DNA from: Macrostomum hystrix | Taxonomy: Eukaryota; Animalia; Platyhelminthes | Reading direction: 5' to 3' | DNA length: 64,000 bases | Assembly: GCA_950097015.1 (NCBI GenBank) | Contig: CATNEN010000034.1 | Location: 4,650,001 to 4,714,000 of the forward strand | Part shown: positions 1 through 9,949 of the stretch, piece by piece | Layout of the letters: every line of letters starts with the position of its first letter | Position numbering within the stretch: position 1 is the stretch's first letter | Program-made: the position numbers and the translations under genes | The notes under the pieces: generated by a model | The model's input: the letters and a program-made list of their open reading frames with translations, nothing else | Told to the model about the DNA's origin: nothing | Database searches by the model: none

Positions 1-330
1 CGCGTAGAGAGCCCCAATCTAGAGCTAAAGAATCAGGCAATCTGACAATTTATTTTTTGAACTCATTCCTATTTGTAATTTGCCTCGCCGCAGCTTTTTG
101 TACTTCAAAGCAACATAATCGCGTAGAGAGCCCCAATCTAGAGCTAAAGAATTAGGCAATCTGACAATTTATTTTTTGAAATCATTCCCATTTGTAATTT
201 GCCTCTCCGCAGCTTTTTGTACTTCAAAGCAACATAATCGCGTAGAGAGCCCCAATCTAGAGCTAAAGAATTAGGCAATCTGACAATTTATTTTTTGAAA
301 TCATTCCCATTTGTAATTTGTCTCGCCCGC
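1..330. repeat. 119-bp tandem repeat, about 2.8 copies, ending at the PTB exon acceptor
   Basis: cgcgtagagagccccaatctagagctaaag starts at 1, 120 and 239. Confidence 0.95.
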
Positions 331-332
331 AG

Positions 333-3300
333 ATTTTTTCTCGCTTCGGAATGGTCCAGAAAATCGTCATCTTCAGCAAAAACAGTAAGCACAGGCGGCC
401 GGCATGCTTAAATATGCAAGGCAGAAGATGGAAAATAGAAATGAGAGAGACCCGGGGACAAGCAACCGGGGCTCTAATTGATGCGGGAAGCTGCGACAGC
501 GGGGAATTCAATTTCTGCTTCTGCAACTGTCGCACGTCGCAACTGTGCGGGTCTGCAGGGTTAGGGCTGGGGCGGTGGGTCCCATCCCCGCCCCCCCTAC
601 TTCTGTTCTCTAGCTGAGTTTTTTCTAACAAAAAACGCAGTTCCCGGATCCATGGGAAAGACAGTAGGTCCCCGACCGTCTCTCGGGGGTTCCCTCAGCT
701 GCCACCCGCATCCGTGCCGGGCTCGAGTCGCTGTTAAATCCTATCCGCCCAGTCCCCGTATTCCGCCCGCCCTCCCCCGCCAGACCCACCGACATCACAA
801 ACCCCAGCGTCGAAGAGCTCGGCTCAAGACCAGGCAATCCAGCGCGATTGATTTTCTCCTCCCCATGATTAATAATCCCTAAACCTCGGCAAAACAGCTT
901 CCTTTCACACATCCCCCAAAATCCAATCCTCTAACCTCGGCCTCGCAAAAATCCTTTTGCAGACACATTCCAGGCGCTGATTCAGATGGGCAGCACCACG
1001 GAGGCGCTGGCTGCCAAGCTGGTGAGTGTTGCGAGCAAACACGATGTGCCAAATTTGCAACACAGCTGCGGCTTAGCAATATTGGCGAAAATAGCGCCAC
1101 TTGAACCAGCCCGAGTAGGCCTCTAAAATCTCCTCACTGCCGCCTTCATCTGTCCCATTTTTTTCGTACCTTACGGAGTTACAAGTCTACCCATCTGAGC
1201 TCGCTGTTCATAGCGAGGCAGCACTCACACGCAAAATTATTGCTTTTTTAGTCCGCACGAAAAGGAAACGACCACTGGCTGTTACGAGCCTATATTTCGT
1301 AGTATGTATTTTTAAGAGGGTTACGAGAAGAATCCGCATTTGCCTTTTTTCCATTCCCCATTTATCTCTCTATAATTTAACTCCCATACTACCTCGTGCT
1401 ATATCTTTTTTTGTAATGCAGAAAGTTAAGCTCTGTCACTCAGTTGAATTTGCACTCGTTTAATACAAAATGCCTGCTAACTTTTTAGGTTTTAAACGAT
1501 CAGAATATCTACAATGGCTGTTGCACACTGCGCATCGACTTTAGCAAACTCAACACCCTCAATGTGAAATTCAACAATGAGAAAAGCCGCGACTTCACCG
1601 TCAATCGGGCGCCAGGAGACAATCCGCTGGCTTACTTTGATCCCAACTTGGCGCCGCACCTGGGTAATAAAATGCCGTCAGGGGTGGTGGTTGCCGTCAG
1701 GGGTGGTGGGTGCCGTCTGGGGTGGTGGGTGCCGTCTGGGGTGGTGGTTGCCGTCTGGGGTTGTGGTTACCGTCTGGGGTTGTGGTTCCCGTCTGGGGTT
1801 GTGGTTCCCGTCTGGGGTTGTGGTTGCCGTCTGGGGTGGTGGGTGCCGTCTGGGGTGGTGGGTGCCGTCTGGGGTGGTGGTTGCCGTCTGGGGTTGTGGT
1901 TACCGTCTGGGGTTGTGGTTCCCGTCTGGGGTTGTGGTTCCCGTCTGGGGTTGTGGTTGCCGTCTGGGGTGGTGGGTGCCGTCTGGGGTGGTGGGTGCCG
2001 TCTGGGGTGGTGGGTGCCGTCTGGGGTTGTGTGTGCCGTCTGGGGTGGTGGGTGCCGTCTGGGGTTGTGGGTTCCGCTTAGGTAGGGGTGCCATCTTAAG
2101 TGAGGTTGCCGGTCTGGGTGTTGTGGGTGCAGTCTGAAATCTTATGTGGTGGAGGTGGCAGGTGTGTTTGGGCGTTTCGTGGAATGAAGAGTCTTACTGA
2201 CTTACTTACTGACTGAGTCTATCATTTTTTCTGAATGCAAGCCATTGAAATCGAAACGAAAAAATCTTTTTTTTCTGAATAGAATCGATCACGATCGACC
2301 ATGATATTATTCGAACTGATTGTCTCAACACCAAGAGCGAGTGGATGCCAGAAATTTTAGCTGAAATGGAGACAGCTCTAATTAACTAGCAGACACAAGC
2401 GAGTCTTGTCTGTAAAACCGGATAAATTTCGACAATTTAACAGTGGCCTGGTCATAGAAAGATTCGAGAAATATCGACTGCTCTTCCACCTCTCTTCACC
2501 GTATTGGGTGGTGGATCGGTTGGGCGACAATTAATTGAGTTAGACACTGTGCTCAAATTTAGTCATTGGGACGATTCGAATACTTGACCGTAACCGGATT
2601 TGCGCTCGCGTGAGGACCTAAAGAGACAGTTGGGCTGTAGGGGGTGGGTGGGGTTGAAGTAGGGCTGAGCACACACATGCTTGTTGGCCGATGGCTTGAC
2701 ATTAATTCGCATTGATTCCGCTCCTGTCAGGAACAAACATTTGCCAGACCCCCTACCCCGATCCCATTCCCTATTGGGATAGGGAATCGCTCCCCTGCCC
2801 AATCTGTCAATACTCGATCTATCCAGTCAGTGATTAAACCCAGCCGACCCGAACAGGCCTTCAACTCTAGAGCCTCATCTGCAGGCTTCGATGTCGAATC
2901 GCCCAGTTCGCAACAGTAGCCAAGTACAGGAAAGACTGTCACTGGAATCCCAGCCACTAAGAGCAGTGAGAGACAGGCGAGGTCAGGCAGAATTTGCCCG
3001 TTGTCCCATGGGAATGACTGCTGAAGACAATTTCAACAGCAACTGGAGAGCAAATAGCAAATTGAGTTCTGGCACTTGTTATGTAGCCTTCCCTGTGTCT
3101 TTCACTTCTCTATTCTCTCTTCTCTCTCACTTGGGAATTCTATGGTATCTGATGGGTCACTAAAAACGTCACATTTGTAGAAATAATAAGAAAAACTGTG
3201 TGGATGTAACAATATTCTGATTCCATCTTTTGTGACAGGTGCCACCCTGTTTCCGGCCATGATCCCCGGCTTGCACTCCGGTTTTGAGCTGGCTCAGGCT

Positions 3301-6300
3301 CCCTTTCTCACCCACACTTTTGATGGTGAGCTACTCAACAGACGTCCGCCGTCCAAAATATTTTAAATTCTTGTCTAGACAGCGAAATCTGATTGCAAAT
3401 ATTGAAAATTTCATTTTAGGCCAACCAAATCTGGGAATAATTCCCGGTGAGTTTGTCGATCCTTCAGGTACGTTTGCTTTATTTCCTAGAATAACACTCG
3501 TTACTAGCACCGCAATCGCTAAGTATTTTCACCTGGTAATTTTACTAGAGCCCTCATATTTTCTATCCCCTCTTCTCTGTGATTGGTGGAGAGCATTTTC
3601 TGACCAGTCGATTCCCCACTCTCCTATTGGATGAGAGCATTTGCTGGCCTGAAGATTTCTCGCTTACCTATTGGCTAAGAAGAAGAAGAAGTAGATTTTC
3701 TGTTCGGCTCTCTCCTATTGGCTGAGAGCACTGACTAGCCCGTAAAGCCACCCGGCTTTCTGCCAACTTTTAACCCCTCTTGCATTTCTGATTGGATAAA
3801 ATAACTTATCAGATGAACAACAACCAAAAACACATTGAAATGATTCGCATCGACAGCGGCTACAGCCCAACAACTGCCGGCCATGTCAATGCACAGCCTG
3901 ACTAGCCCTGGATTGCAATTCGGCCATGCGATATTGGCCCAGCAGGCCAGTGTCAACTCAATCTTGCTCGTGTCCAATTTAGATGAAGAGGTGAGTGCCT
4001 GTTTTTTGTTTATTTCATTTGTGCTGATTATATCGGCTGTTTCGATTGATTTTCAGCCAGTCTTAAAAGTGCAAATTAAAATTTGATTTGCTTTTTATCG
4101 ATAGAGAATTGAACCAATCGAAAGATCAGCCTTTTAAAAAACTTTCCTAACCTTTCCGTGCACCCTGGACGACAATATTTATTAGCTTCATTTTAAACTT
4201 TAATTAAGGCAGCTGCAGTCTGATCTAAGCTTGTTTTTAAATAAGTTGCAGTAGTCATTTTTGAAATAATGACAGAAATATTTTTTAAGTAATTGGTCTT
4301 TTCACGAGGCTTCCATTAAGCACATAGCAACATATTTTTTCAAGTATGCAATTTACCACCTTCTTTACTAACACTCTTTATGCGCTTGGTAAATATGTAT
4401 GTAAAAATTGTGTCTTTCAAGTTTCTTTGAAAGCCATTGGAGTGGGGCAGGTGAGAAAAACGCCAGACAATCAGGAGTGAGGTCGCTATACGATTTGGCT
4501 AGGAGAGATAGCAAAGGGGAGCCAACGTACACATCCAAATGTGCATACCCTAATGTACATACCCACATGTACATACTACAAGCATGTACATACTCAAATG
4601 TGCATGCCTAAACGTACAAAACTGAATGTACAGTCTTGCAGTAATCAATAGGGGGTGGCCTAAATGTTACACCCGAAAACGACACCTAAAAACTGATTGG
4701 CTGGCTCTGCCCTGCACCCTTGATGACACAGCTGGAAGGCAATTGGTTAACAGCCTCTCTAGCGCACTAGCCAATCACCACAAAGTGATAATTTTATGGG
4801 TGAAGAAAATTTTTTTGTTTTAGACAGACTAGTCATCATTGATAATGTTAATTCAGATTATAGGAAAGCATACCAAGAGCTTCTTGATTATTCTATTATT
4901 TAAAGTGAGAAACTAGCAAATAAAATTGCATGATATTATCCTTTTATTTTTTATGCAGCATTTACATTTCCGCTACTAAATAATTCTTCATCTCTTCCTT
5001 TCGCAACCTGATTTCGCTTCTGTCAGTACAATTCTTTTCAACTTAAGCATTCTCCAGTTTCTGTGCATAAAGCTTCTAATACGGTAACTGGCCTGTCTCA
5101 AATCTCATCTGCCTTAATCTATAAAACAAAGACTTTTCTATTTCACTTGAAGCTGCAGGAGTTGATTTGGAAAAAAGCGAATGAAAATATTATTTCATCC
5201 TTCTCCTGCCTTTGTTGCTCTCTCTCTCAATTCTATAGAAGATTACTCCTGACGCTCTCTTCACACTTTTTGGTACGTCTGTTTACTTTTTGCTTCTAAC
5301 CTTGCCTTGCTACTAATAGTATTGAATATCGGCACTTAGCAATAATTTATTTAAAATGTTCTTTGTAGTTAGCAATTTAGCTTTTCTTCTTAACTTTCTT
5401 TTCCGAATCTATACCCAGAGTGTTTGTGCTTGCCTACATACCTGCTAGAACAGCGTCTGTTGCTTATTTTAGCCAGAAAAATAGTAGTTGTTATATTTTA
5501 ATCGAAAAAGTGCATGCAGACAAAGCATTTTCCATCGAGCTAGAGTTCAGTATACTGTTTATTAATTAAATTTTTATGTGCGTCTAGTTAGAAACTACTC
5601 ATTTGATTATTTTAATATGGATACTCATAAGTAGTATCACTGGCTGTACGCTTGAAAACCGAATTAATTTAGTAGTTTGTCTTCAGTCCAATAGTTGGGT
5701 CACAGAAAGCCAGACATTAATCATTCATAATAGTATTTATAATTATGGCGAAGGGATGCGAGAAAAATTCGAAGAAATTTTATAACAACGCCAGAAAATT
5801 TATCCTAATTACTGGCGTCCCATTTCCTCCTGTGTGTTGGCGCTTGCGTAACGGTTTAAAATGCACCAATGTTGCGTTGCTGTATAAATTTCTAAATTAC
5901 ATGTTACACACGTTGCTGAGGCACCGTTTTTTACAATAAATTTTGACACTATATGCACGCGTAATGAAAAGCGCATTGTACTTGGTACGTGTACTAATGT
6001 GAGCTTTTGCGAGTTGACTTTGATCAAGCGCTTAATTAAAGCGAATAGCATTAACACGTTGCGTTAACAAATAATTATGATGCAATTCACTACATATCCA
6101 CCAACGAGCCCTGCATTTCACACCTCTACCCTAACAGATAAAGCAAAAAGACCCAGCGTTTCACACCTCTACCCTAACAGATAAAGCAAAAAGACCCTGC
6201 ATTTCACACCTCTACCCTAGCAGATAAAGCAAAAAGACCCAGCGTTTCACACCTCTACCCTAACAGATAAAGCAAAAAGACCCAGCGTTTCACACCTCTA

Positions 6301-7639
6301 CCCTAACAGATAAAGCAAAAAGACCCAGCGTTTCACACCTCTACCCTAACAGATAAAGCAAAAAGACCCAGCGTTTCATACCTCTACCCTAACAGATAAA
6401 GCAAAAAGACCCAGCATTTCACACCTCTACCCTAACAGATAAAGCAAAAAGACCCAGCATTTCACACCTCTACCCTAACAGATAAAGCAAAAAGACCCAG
6501 CGTTTCACACCTGCACCCTCAAAGTGCAGGCATCTACTCTGACACTCTAAAATCAACAGAAGCCAATAGAAGCCTTTCCCTGCCCAATTACTCATTTACC
6601 TACAGGCGTTTATGGAGATGTACAGCGGGTGAAGATCATGTACAACAAGAAGGACAACGCACTTATCCAGTTTACGGACGCCAACCAGGCCCAGCAGGCG
6701 CTGCAGAATCTCAACGGCGTGAGGCTGTTCGGCCGGCCGCTGAAGATCGCCTTCAGCCGGCACGCCCAGGTTGCCCTGCCCAAGGAGGGCGCCGACGCCG
6801 GCCTGACGAAGATCTTCACCAGCAGTCCGCTGCACAGGTTCAAGAAGCCGCACTCGAAGAACTTTCAGAACATCTTCCCGCCGTCGCAGATTCTGCATCT
6901 GAGCAACATCCCACAGGAGGTGCCCGAGGATAGGATCAAGACCATCTTCAATGAGTTCGGCTTTAACGTGGTCGCCATAAAGTTTTTTCAGTGAGTCCGG
7001 ATGCATGTGTAGTCCAAGCAATTTTTTATTGACTCCCCTTATCTGCCTCTCTCAGAAACAAAACAAAACTTCATTGCTGTGTACAAACTTTTTCAACAAA
7101 TAAAAATATCTATTTTCTAAAGGAGGTTCGAAAAATATCGTTTCTAACCTCATCTCTCAGAATCAGTATCACTCAGAATTCTCACCTGCCATACGAGTAT
7201 CACTCAGAATTCTCACCTGCCATACGAGTATCACTCAGAATTCTCACCTGCCATACGAGTATCAATCAGAATTCTCACTTGCCATACGAGTATCAATCAG
7301 AATTCTCACCTGCCATACGAGTATCAATCAGAATTCTCACCTGCCATACGAGTATCAATCAGAATTCTCACCTGTCATACGAGTATCAATCAGACAGTTC
7401 TTTATGCCTTTTACTTTTCTGCTACAGGAAGGAGAAGAAGATGGCTTTGGTCCAGATGCCCTCAGTGGAGGATAGCGTGATTGCTCTGATCGTAAGTAGG
7501 GGCAGTTTTAATTGCCGTTTTGTCAAACTTCACACTGTGGTGAACAAACCAATATTTTATTACTTTCTAGAAGCTACACAACTATCAGTTGAGCGCCAAT
7601 TATCACCTCAGAGTCAGCTTCAGCAAGTCCGTCATCTGA
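333..7639 (+). CDS. PTBP1: Polypyrimidine tract-binding protein (PTB/hnRNP I), 5'-partial, RRM2-RRM4; exons 333-384, 963-1021, 1489-1663, 3239-3325, 3857(or 3866)-3990, 5239-5272, 6606-6990, 7428-7491, 7571-7639
   Basis: Spliced translation gives [65 protein letters not shown]...[38 protein letters not shown]...[30 protein letters not shown]...[14 protein letters not shown]...[22 protein letters not shown], matching PTBP RRM2/3/4. All junctions are AG/GT and the total of 1059 nt keeps frame. The linker-exon acceptor at 3857/3866 is the least certain. Confidence 0.95.
1675..2140. repeat. G/T-rich 17-18-bp minisatellite (gccgtctggggtggtgg[t/g])
   Basis: About 25 units starting about 10 nt after the donor at 1664. 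Confidence 0.95.
3575..3800. promoter_or_regulatory. Cluster of reverse CCAAT boxes in PTB intron (possible internal promoter)
   Basis: ATTGG at 3582, 3626, 3670, 3717 and 3791; the first four are spaced 44-47 bp apart. Confidence 0.35.
5239..5272 (+). CDS. PTBP1: 34-nt PTB microexon ([12 protein letters not shown]), equivalent to vertebrate PTBP1 exon 11 / PTBP2 exon 10
   Basis: ctctctctcaattctatag|AAGATTACTCCTGACGCTCTCTTCACACTTTTTG|gtacgt. It is required to join NLDEE (phase 0) to G-VYGDVQ (phase 1). Confidence 0.92.
6113..6517. repeat. 43-bp minisatellite, about 9 copies
   Basis: Unit tttcacacctctaccctaacagataaagcaaaaagacccagcg. Confidence 0.95.
7162..7392. repeat. 31-bp minisatellite, about 7 copies
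   Basis: Unit gagtatcaatcagaattctcacctgccatac. Confidence 0.95.
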
Positions 7640-9003
7640 CAACCCGGGCCTTCGTGTGAGCGAGTTGCCAGCGGCCAATAATTAATAGTTTATTACTTGA
7701 TCTTTTAGTTTTTTTGTATTTATTAAGTCCTAAAAGCAGCTTGAAGTGCCTACTGCAAGTAGAGTGTGTCAGCTATCAAAAATCATAACTGATTTGAAAT
7801 TTAGGCATCTCCGGAACTGGATAAAGTGCGTTGTAGTGTCTTTTGTAAAGAAAATTTGTCCCTTTCATAGACTGTGTTTTTTATTTGTTGTCAATTGCTG
7901 TTGTGTAACTTTTAAATTCAGTCCAACGGCCATGCAAACGAGTTGTCTAGGCTTTTTTTAAATCACCGATAAATTATGACGAGTTTATTTTCAGAGAAAA
8001 GAAAAAACTGCTTAATTGCCTGCAAAGCCGAATAATTGTGTCGTTAAAACTTGCGGTTAATTCATTTTAATTGTCTTTTTTAACTGTCGCATTTGATCAA
8101 AACGATTTAAATGATGAATTATCGTATTTTAGATGTGGACTTCGCATAGCTTTCCTGTTGTTGAGCAACTTCTGACAATTGCATCTAAGAATGTCTAAGA
8201 AAATCTGTTGTGTCCTCTGAGCATCGCGCTGTGCACTTTAAAAGTGCATTGATCTGATTCTACGAGACTTTGTGAATATCTATAAAACATTATTTAGCAT
8301 CTCCTGTTGCACAAGTTCACAGCAATGCACTTTAGGTAATTAACTTTAAGCAGAATTGACAAATATTCAAAGAAATCCAGTTTCACTGAGTTTGCACCAA
8401 CTGCTGCCACAGTGCTTCAGTTGCCTTGTGATGCTGCTCTGCTTTATTGAACTCAATTTGTTCCCAAGTTTTGTTCCCAAGTTTGATTTCCTGCCGTTAA
8501 AGCGGCTTTTTTGCTACCGACCGAGCGCTAAGTCTTTGTCCTCAACAATTCACCCGAGAGGCCTTAGGTTATTATTATAAATTATTTTTACCTGTTGAGC
8601 TTCGCGCGTCTAATTGTATATCTGATTTCCGTGCAATTCATTCGCTCCCCCCACCACAAGGAATTTTGACACATTTGACACATTTGACACCTGACACAGC
8701 GATGACAAATGTCGGAAGCCTATACCCCGAACCCAAATTTATCTGCACCGATTTTATTGGCTGTTATTGTAGACACGATCCGATACAAAGGACTAAAATT
8801 TCTACCTTTTTGTTCGTCGTGAAAATGTGTCAAAAATATTTGGTAAAAAATGTGCGCAACTGCCTGAAGCGAAATAAATTATCAAGATGAAAATTTTCCG
8901 CTTCGATGTCAACTGATTGGCTATTAGCACTGAAACTCAAGCAGTTCGTTGTCTTTGTTTTTCTAGCACTACTGTTTTATATGATTCTGAACTTTAGCCA
9001 GAC

Positions 9004-9690
9004 GTCAGTCACTGCAGCAGAGCTCATCTCAGCCAGTCAGTCACTGCAGCAGAGCTCATCTCACCCAGTCAGTCACTGCAGCAGAGCTCATCTCAGCCAG
9101 TCAGTCACTGCAGCAGAGCTCATCTCACCCAGTCAGTCACTGCAGCAGAGCTCATCTCAGCCAGTCAGTCACTGCAGCAGAGCTCATCTCAGCCAGTCAG
9201 TCACTGCAGCAGAGCTCATCTCAGCCAGTCAGTCACTGCAGCAGAGCTCATCTCACCCAGTCAGTCACTGCAGCAGAGCTCATCTCACCCAGTCAGTCAC
9301 TGCAGCAGAGCTCATCTCAGCCAGTCAGTCACTGCAGCAGAGCTCATCTCACCCAGTCAGTCACTGCAGCAGAGCTCATCTCACCCAGTCAGTCACTGCA
9401 GCAGAGCTCATCTCAGCCAGTCAGTCACTGCAGCAGAGCTCATCTCAGCCAGTCAGTCACTGCAGCAGAGCTCATCTCAGCCAGTCAGTCACTGCAGCAG
9501 AGCTCATCTCAGCCAGTCAGTCACTGCAGCAGAGCTCATCTCAGCCAGTCAGTCACTGCAGCAGAGCTCATCTCAGCCAGTCAGTCACTGCAGCAGAGCT
9601 CATCTCAGCCAGTCAGTCACTGCAGCAGAGCTCATCTCAGCCAGTCAGTCACTGCAGCAGAGCTCATCTCAGCCAGTCAGTCACTGCAGT
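9004..9690. repeat. 32-bp minisatellite, about 21 copies, between the convergent PTB and IFT80 3' ends
   Basis: Unit gtcagtcactgcagcagagctcatctcagcca. Confidence 0.95.
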
Positions 9691-9949
9691 CATGCAAAGC
9701 ATCTAATATGATTAAATGATTGTCCAAGAGAGTCAGAATTATGTTGTAATAAGCAGATTAGAATAAGCAGTTTGATAAAGAAACATGATCACCTGACAAC
9801 TATCATTGTATTTGTATCTCTCAGAACCAAAAGTTTCAGTTTAGAGCAGGTCAGTGAATAGTTTTGGAATGTCTGTCAGCATTTGCTCATAGCAACTGAA
9901 GTTATACGTCCAGCGTCCGCCTGTGGCACACTCGCATTTTCAACGAGTT

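Noticed and set aside
2230-2330. Possible Penelope GIY-YIG remnant (QAIEIE..LNR)
   Set aside because: Too short and frameshifted to support without a profile search.
2731-2919. 62-codon open frame after a CAG in a PTB intron
   Set aside because: It is out of phase with the upstream PTB donor, has no donor or recognisable homology, and cannot be assigned.
8906-9706. 266-aa ORF with a hydrophobic N-terminus (secreted mucin-like?)
   Set aside because: It starts in AT-rich sequence and is otherwise a 32-bp repeat whose period is not a multiple of 3; most likely a chance ORF.
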